From a virus (lineage: Duplodnaviria > Caudoviricetes): a DNA stretch of 57,908 bases. Under the pieces are notes generated by a model. That model was not told the DNA's origin and made no database searches. It was given only the letters and a program-made list of their open reading frames with translations. Made by a program: the position numbers and the translations under genes. The first letter of the stretch is position 1. Each line of letters begins with the position of its first letter. This document shows positions 36,567 to 47,400 of this stretch, piece after piece. The stretch spans positions 1 through 57,908 of IMG/VR virus record IMGVR_UViG_3300033148_002172. One strand, 5' to 3'.

Positions 36567-37808
36567 GTGGCTAAAAATACAGAAAACGTAGCTCAGCGAG
36601 GCAAGTCTTCCGATAGTAAAGGCAGAGTTAGCCGTCTTTTGCGCAGACAGGGCAGAACAGAAGACAAGATCGTGAAAGCCAAGGGCAAAGACGAAGCCGA
36701 AAAACCGCCGGAGAAAAAACCGCGAAGCAGCGAAGACCTTGCTCAGAGTGCGAAATTAGACCGCTTTCAAGAGAGTAGTCGTCAAGCAGAAGAGAAACAA
36801 AAAACTGAGGGGGTTAGCCATAGGCGTGCGCAGGCTAATCTTGACGCCGATGACCGCAAGCGGGAGTCGGCGGATGAAGCCACTCGTGAAGCCACTCTCG
36901 ATCAACATCCCCGCAGCGAGGGTCGGGCACCGGAGTTTGATGAGTCTCTTCCTCCGAGAAGTAGAGCCGGACTAAGGGACAAAGCTGCAACTCTGTCGCT
37001 GATGAAGAATAACCCTAAATATGTGGACAATTTAGACGAACCTTTAGATCCCCTCACAACCTCTTCCTGGATAGGGCGCGGAGGGTACAACTTTAAATAT
37101 AATCCCGGAACTCAAACGAATCTTCCTTATATAGAAGTATCAGGAGGCTTAAGCGGTAAATTAGGTGAGGGAGAAGTCAGAAAACACAGCTACGGCGATG
37201 CGGACGACATATTTAACATAATTATGAAGAGGAGAGATCCCACTTTCGAACCCAGCAGAGACCCTGCTGACGCTGCCCCTGCTGACGCTGCCCCTGCTGA
37301 CGCTGCCCCTGCTGCTGCCCCTGCTGCTGCCCCTGCTGCTGCCCCTGCTGCTGCCCCTGCTGCTGCCCCTGCTGCTGCCCCTGCTGCTGCCCCTGCTGCT
37401 GCCCCTGCTGCTGCCCCTGCTGCTGACGCTGCTGCTGCCCCTGCTGCTGCTGCTGCCCCTGCCCCTGCCCCTGTTATTGATCCTGATAGTATGGATGCGG
37501 CTATCAAGTCAGAACCCGGCGTCAGGATCGGCTCAGACACTATCAAAAGGATGGAGACAGAGCAGGCGGAGCTAAGTGCGGATAAGCAAAAACTAATAGC
37601 GGATCTAAATGCGTTACCAGACAATCCTGCGTGGTCCACTGAGGATAGAGCACGAGCTATTGCTGAGTACGAGAGGAAGATAGAGGGGCTTACAAAAGAA
37701 ATAGAGAATAAACAAAACGCGATGAACGCGATAGCCAAGGTTTATGGCATAGCTTTAGAGAAAGCAACCAGACAAGCTAAAGCCCAAGAAGCCAGACAAT
37801 ATCAATAG
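36567..37808 (+). CDS. Putative internal virion protein with Ala-Pro repeat linker
   Basis: 413 aa; (PAAA)n tract at ~37262-37472. Confidence 0.55.
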   Translation: MAKNTENVAQRGKSSDSKGRVSRLLRRQGRTEDKIVKAKGKDEAEKPPEKKPRSSEDLAQSAKLDRFQESSRQAEEKQKTEGVSHRRAQANLDADDRKRESADEATREATLDQHPRSEGRAPEFDESLPPRSRAGLRDKAATLSLMKNNPKYVDNLDEPLDPLTTSSWIGRGGYNFKYNPGTQTNLPYIEVSGGLSGKLGEGEVRKHSYGDADDIFNIIMKRRDPTFEPSRDPADAAPADAAPADAAPAAAPAAAPAAAPAAAPAAAPAAAPAAAPAAAPAAAPAADAAAAPAAAAAPAPAPVIDPDSMDAAIKSEPGVRIGSDTIKRMETEQAELSADKQKLIADLNALPDNPAWSTEDRARAIAEYERKIEGLTKEIENKQNAMNAIAKVYGIALEKATRQAKAQEARQYQ

Positions 37809-37822
37809 GATGGAGAAGAGTA

Positions 37823-38149
37823 ATGGCGTATAGCAAAGCGGATATAGCTGCGGCGGAAGCCCAATTAGACACTTACGGAGCTGCTGCAGATACGGCTTTA
37901 GCAAAACAAGACCCAGACCAAGGCATAGCTTTAGAGCAGAAAGAAAAGAAGACCTTTAAACAAGCAATGTCAAATCTAGGGGAATCCATTAAGCAGGACC
38001 CTGCTGGTACCATAGGTGCTGCAGTAGGAGAAGCAAGACAGCCCTTAGTGGATTATGCCAAAATGCAGAGAGAAATACAGTCCCAGGGCGTACCTACTGC
38101 AGAGGAGCTAGTGGGAGAACCTATAAACTTAGCCGACATATACCTTTAG
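37823..38149 (+). CDS. Hypothetical virion protein
   Basis: 108-aa ORF, Ala/Gln-rich. Confidence 0.55.
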   Translation: MAYSKADIAAAEAQLDTYGAAADTALAKQDPDQGIALEQKEKKTFKQAMSNLGESIKQDPAGTIGAAVGEARQPLVDYAKMQREIQSQGVPTAEELVGEPINLADIYL

Positions 38150-38158
38150 GAAATCAAC

Positions 38159-38671
38159 ATGCTATCTACAACTACCCAGGGGCCAGCCACACCACCCTCA
38201 CAAGATTCCCCTTATATGAGAGAGAGCGGGAAACCTAAACGAATAGGGGCTATGCACAGAGAGAAGGTTAAGGACATGTTCCTAAAGTCTGCTCAAGGAA
38301 ATACTGTAAGTGACAGGGAGAAGGGGGCAATGGAGCAGAAGTCCCTTGAGTCCTCTCAGCAGGCTCAGGGCGCGTTGGACGTAGCCCTCCAAAGAGCTTC
38401 TTTAGCTTTTGGTGGAGGTAATCCTCTAGTAGCCGGTGCCATGAAAGGTACGGCACAGGAGATCGGAGAAGCCTCACGGCAGGCAGCAGCTAAGGCCTCT
38501 TCCGATGCTAGTAGATTAACGGCAGCTCTTAAAGACCACAGAGATGCTGTGGCCATGGCGGAAGCCCAGAGGCTTAAGGCTGGTAATAAGGCAGACGTTG
38601 CGATGGGCGTAGAGTCTGTCCTGAAAGTGGCGGAAATTGGTGCACAAATAGCTGGCATTGCAATGGCTTAG
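38159..38671 (+). CDS. Putative small ejection protein
   Basis: Ala/Gly/Gln-rich helical protein with hydrophobic C-terminus, upstream of the large internal proteins. Confidence 0.5.
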   Translation: MLSTTTQGPATPPSQDSPYMRESGKPKRIGAMHREKVKDMFLKSAQGNTVSDREKGAMEQKSLESSQQAQGALDVALQRASLAFGGGNPLVAGAMKGTAQEIGEASRQAAAKASSDASRLTAALKDHRDAVAMAEAQRLKAGNKADVAMGVESVLKVAEIGAQIAGIAMA

Positions 38672-38680
38672 GAGAGGAAG

Positions 38681-40240
38681 ATGGCGTTAGATACTTCAGG
38701 CAGGACTCAATTATCCCCCAAGATGATGGAGGCTTTCAGGGAACAGCGAAAGCTAAGGAGGCAGCAAATAGGGAAGGATGTGGCTGCTGCGGCAGGCGCA
38801 AGTGCGGAGTCTTTTAGAACTGGTGCGCCCACTACAGGCGTCTTCGATAGGTGGAAGCCCGACTATAGCGATCAGATGATGTCTAAGCGGGAGAAGATGA
38901 AACGCTCACAGGGTATATACGAGAAGCAGCAGAGGGACGAGACCGCTCGTCACGGAAATGCCTTGCAAGTGGCCTCCAACCGTGCGCGCACCCTAGCTCA
39001 GAACCGCACAGCTCAACAGCAAAGAGCTATGGATACAGCCCGAAGAATAGATACGGCCACTGTGAATAGAGTTAGGGAAAAAATACGCGCTCAAAATAAC
39101 ACGGTAAGTAATAACAACATACAGCGAGAGCTATTAGAGAAGCCGAGCGACGGAGCGCAGGCATACTTCGCAGATATGCCTACATACGAACAACGCCTAG
39201 ACACAGAAGCCCGACTTCAGTATGAGCTACTCCAAGAGGCTGACCCAGGATATGCGGCGGAGCTGGAGAACAAGCATGGCAGCGAGAAGGGAGTTATAGC
39301 GGCACTGAGAGAATCGCCCGTTACTAAAGAAGTCGCAACGGATAAGGCAAAAAAAGATGCGAAGCATCGTATAGAGCGCATGTCTGAAGGCAATCCAGAA
39401 GACAAAGATTTGGTTTGGGCCGTTAATGAGGCATCAAAAAAGAGCAACGCTAGCCCCGCAGAGATACACGATTCCTTAGATCCCAGTGCTAGAGCTAGAA
39501 CCAGGGATGCGGAGATACAGCACGCGGCAGATCTAGAGAACATAAATGATGAGAACGAGGTAATAGATGGCAAGTTTGAGAGGGAATACATCCAGATGGG
39601 GGATGGCCAAGAGGGAGGAGAGCAAGGGGCGCGTTTTGAAGAGGGCAGAACCCCAGGCTCAGCGGAGCGAGAAGCCGGAAAAATCGGAGCATCCCGTCTA
39701 GAGGAAATAACGGACGTAGATCCCACAGCATCGGATGTGGTAGCCAGAGATTATGGGTATGAAGAGCAGGATAAGGCCCTTGCAGCAGAGGTAGGGGAGA
39801 AGGTAGCGGCCATCGGGGTAGACGGCCAGCCCGTAGAAGAACAAGGCTTTCTAGGCACCGATGTCAAACAGCCGAAACCCGGAGCACGGGCACACTTCAG
39901 AGCACTATTAGAGGTTATTGAGAGGTTCCCGGAGTCTAAGCCTGCTCAGCACGCCAAACAGGAAATAATGAAAACTCAGGAGTTTAAGGACTATCAAGCC
40001 AAGCACTTCCAAGGGGTAGAGGGCGGAGATAGCCAGATAGTGTGGAAAGAGATGGTCCGAGATTGGCGAAAACAAAACCAAGAAAAAAATCAACTTCTAA
40101 GAAAGGCACGGGTAGCCAAGAGGAGTAAGGAGAAGACCGAAGCAGTAGCGTCTTTATCTCGGCCTCTGAGGCCTAAGCCTCCACCGGTACAAGGATCATC
40201 TCCAGCTACAGAGCCTACAACCGACAGCCCCATAGTGTAG
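38681..40240 (+). CDS. Putative internal virion / ejection protein
   Basis: 519 aa, charged and helical. Confidence 0.55.
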   Translation: MALDTSGRTQLSPKMMEAFREQRKLRRQQIGKDVAAAAGASAESFRTGAPTTGVFDRWKPDYSDQMMSKREKMKRSQGIYEKQQRDETARHGNALQVASNRARTLAQNRTAQQQRAMDTARRIDTATVNRVREKIRAQNNTVSNNNIQRELLEKPSDGAQAYFADMPTYEQRLDTEARLQYELLQEADPGYAAELENKHGSEKGVIAALRESPVTKEVATDKAKKDAKHRIERMSEGNPEDKDLVWAVNEASKKSNASPAEIHDSLDPSARARTRDAEIQHAADLENINDENEVIDGKFEREYIQMGDGQEGGEQGARFEEGRTPGSAEREAGKIGASRLEEITDVDPTASDVVARDYGYEEQDKALAAEVGEKVAAIGVDGQPVEEQGFLGTDVKQPKPGARAHFRALLEVIERFPESKPAQHAKQEIMKTQEFKDYQAKHFQGVEGGDSQIVWKEMVRDWRKQNQEKNQLLRKARVAKRSKEKTEAVASLSRPLRPKPPPVQGSSPATEPTTDSPIV

Positions 40241-40257
40241 GCGTAATGGAGTAAGTC

Positions 40258-41403
40258 ATGGCACCGAACGAAGACCTGGATGAGATGCTGAGGAGCTTAA
40301 ATAAGGGAAAAAGAGAAGAAGAAGAAGAAGAAGAGGGAGATACACAACAACCCACTTACAGTCGGCCACCCACACCTGTTTCTCCTGCACCTCCTCCCTC
40401 CGCAGGTGTGGGTGGTTCGACTTCTACTAAAAGCGATCCAGGCGACCTAGATGCCATGCTTAGGGAGATAAATGCTAGGAATAAGGAACAGGAACAGGAG
40501 AAGAGCGGCAACCTCAATGACTACACGGGTGATACGTTTGAGGACATAGGTATAGAACTCTCCGACAGGGTAAAGAAGGATTTAGGGGAAGGGTATCAGG
40601 TGCCCTATACTAGAGTAGAGAAAGAATACCTATCTAAGTCTCTACCAGAGTTTAGACCTTTCGGGTGGGAGGGTGGAGGACGCGGAGGTCAAGAAGCTAT
40701 TGATATGGTGAAAATGAGGAATGACCTTGCTAAGGCTAGACAGGTAAACTGGATAAGGGATTTTAGAGAGACCAACGACAGAGCGCCTACTCGTGCGGAG
40801 ACTAAATCTGCTTGGGCTAATTTCCACAATGATGCTAACCAGGACATATATAGAGAAGCCCAGAGATCTAGAGGGCAGAGACCCAGCGCCCTGATAGGCA
40901 GCTCAGGTCAGCCCAATAAGATCTTTTGGTATGATTATGATACAGAGGGACATCTGCACGGAGGACTAGGCCCTGTGCGGTTTGGGGGAGAAGATCGGGG
41001 ATGGGTTGAGAAGATGGTGTCTCCGGCACTACTAACTATTGTAGGGGGAGCAGAACACACTATTGTAACAGACGAGGTAGATAAGGACGGTAAGCCTACT
41101 GGTAAGTATGTGATGCCCGTATACAACGAGGCTCACGCTTTAGGGTGGCTAGACTGGGTAGGCAGATTATCTTTAGTAAACACCGCGCTAGTGGCAGGGG
41201 TAGCAGGTGGGGCAGATAGCCCTCTTGATTTCTTAAAACCTTTTGGTTTTATTCCGGGAAACCTAGAGAACTATGTAATACCAGATAGCTGGATAAACCC
41301 CATAGTTAAGGGTTGGGGCACGGATGAACACCTAAAGAGGACAAAACGCGGAGAGGACTATGTGAGCGTTTCCGGGGAGCTTGCCTTAGGTGGTGGCTAT
41401 TAG
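40258..41403 (+). CDS. Putative internal virion protein; possibly the N-terminal part of the giant protein
   Basis: 381-aa ORF overlapping the next ORF by 14 nt. Confidence 0.55.
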   Translation: MAPNEDLDEMLRSLNKGKREEEEEEEGDTQQPTYSRPPTPVSPAPPPSAGVGGSTSTKSDPGDLDAMLREINARNKEQEQEKSGNLNDYTGDTFEDIGIELSDRVKKDLGEGYQVPYTRVEKEYLSKSLPEFRPFGWEGGGRGGQEAIDMVKMRNDLAKARQVNWIRDFRETNDRAPTRAETKSAWANFHNDANQDIYREAQRSRGQRPSALIGSSGQPNKIFWYDYDTEGHLHGGLGPVRFGGEDRGWVEKMVSPALLTIVGGAEHTIVTDEVDKDGKPTGKYVMPVYNEAHALGWLDWVGRLSLVNTALVAGVAGGADSPLDFLKPFGFIPGNLENYVIPDSWINPIVKGWGTDEHLKRTKRGEDYVSVSGELALGGGY

Positions 41404-44400
41404 AGCCGGTATATGGGGAGCAGAGGAAACAGGAGCTATCAGTGAGGAATCGGGAAACACTCTTAGGGGTATTACAGACTTTGCTGCCGGTATGGGAGTA
41501 GCTCTTAATGATCCCGACATACTCACTTTAGTTACGGGAGGCGTCGGGAAGCTGACAAAGCTAAAGGCACTAGGCAGGGTAGGGGACGCTATGGGGGTCT
41601 CTGCTGCGGCTAAAGCGGCCACCAAAGAAAAAGACTATGTGGCGGCAGCAGACGAGCTTATGACAATAATAAGCACCCCGAAGACTACAGATAAAGAGCT
41701 AATAGCAGCAACTACGGACGCTCTTAGGAAATTCAGTCCCATTGACAGAATAAATATAACTAATGCCGTCAAGCTCAAACTAGCGTCAGATCCAAAACTG
41801 TCTGAAATCTCTAAGCAAGTCTTAGACCAAGCCATTAAGCATGGAGGAAAGCCTATAGAGAACAAGGCCCCCAGTGCGCAGGTACTAAAAGGAGAGACAG
41901 TGGCGCAGCGAGCTACTGAGAAACCGGGTATTAGTAGGGGAGCGGTGGCTAGGGGAGAAACAAAAATGCTAAAAAAGGGGGCAAAGCAAGTAAAAAAACT
42001 TAGAAAGCAGGGAAGACCCCAGGCGGCGAAAACGCTAGCCAAGGCTATGGCTAGCTACAGAACTCTCCAGCTAACTAACCTGTCTAAAGCTACCATCCTA
42101 GCAGACTTAGTGGGACAAAAAAGAGCCATAGGCATACTTAGAGGCATAACTAGAGCGTCTAGAAAGGCACCAACTAAGACCGTACAGCAAATGCAGCTAG
42201 AGCTTGGTCAGGTTACTAAGGCATTACAGGAAGCAAGACAGAAGATGTTTAAGGCTTTCGATGAGACCGCAGTGCCTAGAGGAACAAGAAAAGGGGATAG
42301 GCCCGCTACTAAGCTCTACGCTGAGGCAGAGGCGGCATACGAGTCGGCCATGGCAAAGTGGCACAACCTATCTATGGAACTATCTACGGCCATGTCAGAC
42401 GACGCGGAAAAGTTCTTAGATACCTTAATAGTGCGGGCGAATAAGCAGCTAAAAGCGTCGAACAAAAGATTAGCTGCTAGAACTAAAGCTATAGATGGCC
42501 TGGGGCATAAGTTTAGAGTAAACCCAAAAGAGCACGCAAAGATCGTAAAAGCCGTAGTGGAGAGCGCACCTAAGCAAATGCAGGGGAAGATCGTATCATC
42601 TGCGCTAGCTGTTACACTTAGAGATATGGGCACAGTGTTTGGAAAGCTGTCAGCCTTTGCAGAGGAGACGCGGCCCGGAGGAATTACCGGGTCTTTGAGC
42701 AAGACTATGGATGAGTACGAGAAACTAGCTGACGATACTTGGTTTAGGCCCGATATTGTAGACTTGGCTTCAAAAGCTGCAGGAGACATACGACCCGTAG
42801 GCATAAAGGGTATGAACGCGGAGCAGTTCGGGGAGAAGCTAAAACAAATCAAGACCGCAAGAAAGGCCGCAGAGTTCATAGCTGAAAACGCAGAGGACGA
42901 ATCTTATAGAGAGATAGCTAAAAGGATACTGGATGAGATACCGGACAATGTGCTTATACATGTAGTAGATGAGACTCTCCAGCCTAGCGCCCTAGTAGAG
43001 GCCGGACAAGCATATCCCTCTACGGCACTTAATGAGCTTGCCGGTGGCTGGGCGAGCGGGCTGCACCAAATCCGTGGGGGTAAAAGCGTCTCTGTTCTTA
43101 TTAGGGGTATGAATACGTCGGATGGTAGAACGGCGCAGACAGTCCTGCATGAGCTTCTACATGTAGCAACTCATGCTAAAATAAGGGAGTCGCGTAAGCT
43201 ACCTGGCAGCCCGGAGTATAAGGCAATATTTAAGGAGTTAAATGCCATAAACGATGCAGTAGTTAAAGATCTTAACGCTAAACTAAAAGCCGGAACTAAC
43301 ACAGCCACAGAAGCCTTCTGGGGTAGAGAAATAACAGGAAACCCCGATGAAATAGTAGCATGGGGTTTCACAAACCCGGAATTTAGAGACTTCTTAAAGA
43401 CGATAAAGATGCCGGGAGAGCTAGACCAAAGTGCCTGGAGTAAGTTCGTAGCGAGCATAGCTAGGATTTTGGGGTTAGGTGTACTCACACCAACAAAAGA
43501 AGGAAAGGTAGGACTAGAAGGCAAAACAGCCTTAGATAGTCTACTAAAGGCGGTAGATGACCTGATAGATTTACCGGCACCCGCACCTAAGGCCCCAACT
43601 AAGGCCCCAACTAAGGCCGCAACTAAGGCACCAGCGCGAGCTATACCTATAGAAGCGGCGGTTAAGATGTGGGGTCTACCTACCAGCCGAACGGGATCCC
43701 CCAAACGAGACTATAGAATGGGTATAGAGGATATAGCCTACGAGGATCCCGGTGAGGCATTTAGTGTAGTGGCCAATGTCGTAAGGCGTAGAGGAAGGCC
43801 GGTGCGCGAACCCGGTGCGCCGCACAACAAGTTTTATGGTGGTTACTTCTTCGTCAGGCCAAGAAGCAAAGATCACCTGCGCAGCCTGGGCAGCAGATTC
43901 TCACACATTAATAACCCTACAAATCTCCCTGTTTACACAGTAGGCACTCACTTTCTTGAGGAAATCCCGGAGGTGCCTGTGATGGCTCATATAAAGGAGG
44001 CGTTAACCTTCCTTACTAAAAGACATCCAAAAGGGTTTATACTAGGTAGTAACCTCAAGGATGCGCAAAGGTGGAGATATCCACCCAGTATTACGGTAGT
44101 AAACGGTAAGATAGTAGACGAAGTAGACGAAGTAGGCAAAGTAGCATCCGACAGGCATTTAACCTCTTTAGCCTCGGACGCTAGGGGCGGGGTGCCTGCT
44201 GGTTTTGCATCTGGGTTTGAGGGTACCAGTGACGCCGCGCTCGCCGACGAACTCTATAGAATGGATGGTATACAGGGTACACCGATGATCGATCTAATGT
44301 GGAGGTTGCAACACCGCATAGAAGATCCCGTTCTTGCAGCAGTCTTCTGGAAACTACGAAAAAGCCCCCAATTAGAGCATGGTAAGGGTGCGATGAGTAG

Positions 44401-47400
44401 AGTATATATAGTAACTGATGAGATGCTGGAAGATCTGGGTGGATTGCATGATGATGCCGCTGTCAGGGATATCCGCTGGATGGCCGAAAATTATTCTGGC
44501 GTGGCAGGAGCGGCTACTTATAGAAAACGCTGGACGAAAGCTTCGGATATCCTGGAACAAGTAGTCAACATTCCAAAGACTCTAAAGGAAGACGCCGCAT
44601 GGCTGCAGCGCGAGCTGAGGAACCCTTCAATTTTGGATGTCATTGGGAAGTACGCACACAAAGCGGAAGTTAATATGCTTGAAGAGGCTTTTGATGACTT
44701 GCATGATGTTTATAGCCGAACAATCGGACATCCCGACCTGTTCATCGGTTCGATTGGGCGAAAGGCGTTTTATGAGAACGCATTTGAATCCCTTCTGGAA
44801 AAGATTGGAGATTTTAAACAAAATCCTGGATATAGATCAATCCAAGAGATAAATGAAGGACTAATAACAAAGATAGCAACGGAGCTAAGAACTGACCTGC
44901 TTGACTCCAATCCCCTTTCTAAACTCTTGGGGAGAAAGGGCATATTCCTTAATGCGCTATCTACCGGTCCTGATGGAGAGAAATTACCCGACTGGCTCGC
45001 ATATAAAGGTATGAACGCAGAAACAATAGTTCACGAGATTCTGCACTCAGTTACTATGGAGCAGATAGGAATTGCCGCCAATATGGGGAAGGGGTTAAAA
45101 AAGAGCACCCCTTTAGGTAAAGCATATACAAGGCTTCATAGAGTAGGCTCCGATGTGCTGCGTAATATCCCCCGGCTAGCAGACAAATACATAAAAAGAG
45201 CCGCTAAATTAACCGAAGAGTATGACAAAATAGTGGATGCGTGGCTGAAGGCAGAGGAGAGGGTTTTGTCCGGTCCTGATATGAGTAAGGTCCCCTTCAT
45301 AAAAAGCCAAGACGGACGCGCTGCGCTGCAGGCTAAAGCAGATGCTCTAGCAAAACAGATGGATGATTGGCAAAAGCTGCACCCTCAGAGGCTGGAAGAT
45401 GCCTTTATATTGCAAAAAGAGGCCTTGTGGTTACATGGCATGACGCGCCGCCTCAAAAGCGACGACGGCACTCTGAGTGTACATGAGTTAGTAGCTTACG
45501 GAATGTCCCACAAAAAATTTATGGAGCTTTTAAAAGATGTAAAACTCCCCGGTGCCCAAGGTAAGGTAAGTCTATGGACGGCTTTTGTACACTCTATAGC
45601 ACAAGTTCTAGGTATGCGGAAGGGGGAGTCAGCCCTTTCCGAGCTTCTTAGTGCTGCCGAAGAGGTTATGGACACATCTCTATCTGATGCGCTGCTACAG
45701 GCGGGACCGGATATAGCGGGGAAATACATTAGAGGAGAGCTAAATCTAAGTCAGACGTTAAAGATGACCCACGGAGGCGGGGGAGGCAGAGGAGGTATAG
45801 GAGACGCTGCACGAGGTATGGGTGAGGAGGTATCTAAAGGATTCTCTAGGTCCGAAGAGATCTACTTGGTGAGACAGCTATCCTTAATGAGTGGGTGGAC
45901 CGCCAACAATGACGGCGAATTAATGAAAACGTGGCTGGCCGTACAGAAGGATCTGAAAAATATGTGGGACCCCGCTCAAGCCATCCTGGGTCCTGCTTCT
46001 GAGAAGATACAACAAATCGGGGTAGCTATCTTTTCTCAAATTAAGGTGATGCAAAAAGACCTAGTAAAGAGGGTAGATACGGAGGCTATACGCAAGGGAC
46101 AAGCTGCTATTAAAGAAGCACAAAAGGCTGGAAAGTTTGCAGGATTAGACCCAGAGGAGGCCTTAAAAAAGAAGAGGAAGATTAAGAAAGATGCAGAGGC
46201 GGCAGTATTCTCGGAATACATAGGAGGAGATAAAGATGGAGTAATAAAGTCCATCAACGGAAGCATAATAAATACTATGTTTGCCGGTAAATCCTTGTGG
46301 ACACAAGCTAAGCCTATGCTTAGGGCTGGCCTAAACCGGGGTAAAAAGGGCGCACATAGCATGCCCTTTAAAACCCTGGCTAAAATGTGGTTCGGTGGCC
46401 AGTATAGAAACGAGGGGGAGCTTGGTGCCCTTTATACACAGGTAGAAAACCTTTTACTGTACGGGCACAAAGGCGGCAAGGCGGGCCTGGAGAAAAAGCT
46501 GGAGGTGACATTAACAAAAGAAGAGGCTTTACACATAGGGGCTGCTCTAAAATGGGAGGATTTCTCTGAAGAGGTAAGAAATATAACCAAAAATCAATTT
46601 AATATAGCAGGCATGGGAGAGGTAGAGTCTTCTCCCAAGAAGGCTCAGGCTTTCGCAGCACAGGCCGTAACTCAAATGGCGCTCCTAAACCATGCCTCTA
46701 CTAGAGTAATGAAAGAGTTGGCGGATTTCCCAGAAGACGCAATAATTGCCGCAACTAGGCTAGTGTCAGGACATTCCCAAGACCCCGGCACGGATATAGC
46801 TAAAGCCTTTGATGTGTTAAATAGGCTTAAAATGCCCGCTTTTGTTAGGGAGGCAAAAAACGAGGCAGATACCTATCTTAAAATAGGGCTTGAAATGTAT
46901 GCCGATCCCTCTGGAGATTTCAAAGCATTTATACCTAGACAGTGGATGGATGAGACACTCAAGAGGTTATCCAAGGTAGAGAAGGTTGCGGCAGAGGCAC
47001 ACTTCAGTGCTAAAAGCCCCGGAATTAAAAAAAGCATAGCAACTATTCAAGGTTTTTACAGACTTTGGCAGACCTCTATCCTTACGGGAGCGTTTCTACC
47101 TAGACCCGCTTATTGGACTAACATCTATATAGGGAACGTATCTCAGCTAATAGGAGAGGGAAGGTTTGCAGAGGCGGCAACCATGGCGGCATCTCCAGTC
47201 AGAGACATCATATGGGCGTCCCAAAGGCTGGCATCCCACACACGCCTGGGTAAGTATGTAGATGCCACCCTAGACCATGTAGCTACTAAGTATGGCACAG
47301 ACCACCCACTAGCATCCCTAACTAACGCTTTACTCAATAAAAACATTAGTCAAGTGCTGGATCCCCGGTTGGCGGATGACTCGGCAAGAATAGCAGGAAC

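Noticed and set aside
37190-37738. Antisense Ala/Gly-rich ORF and similar opposite-strand ORFs across the window
   Set aside because: Shadow frames of real genes or repeats, with no RBS and against operon direction
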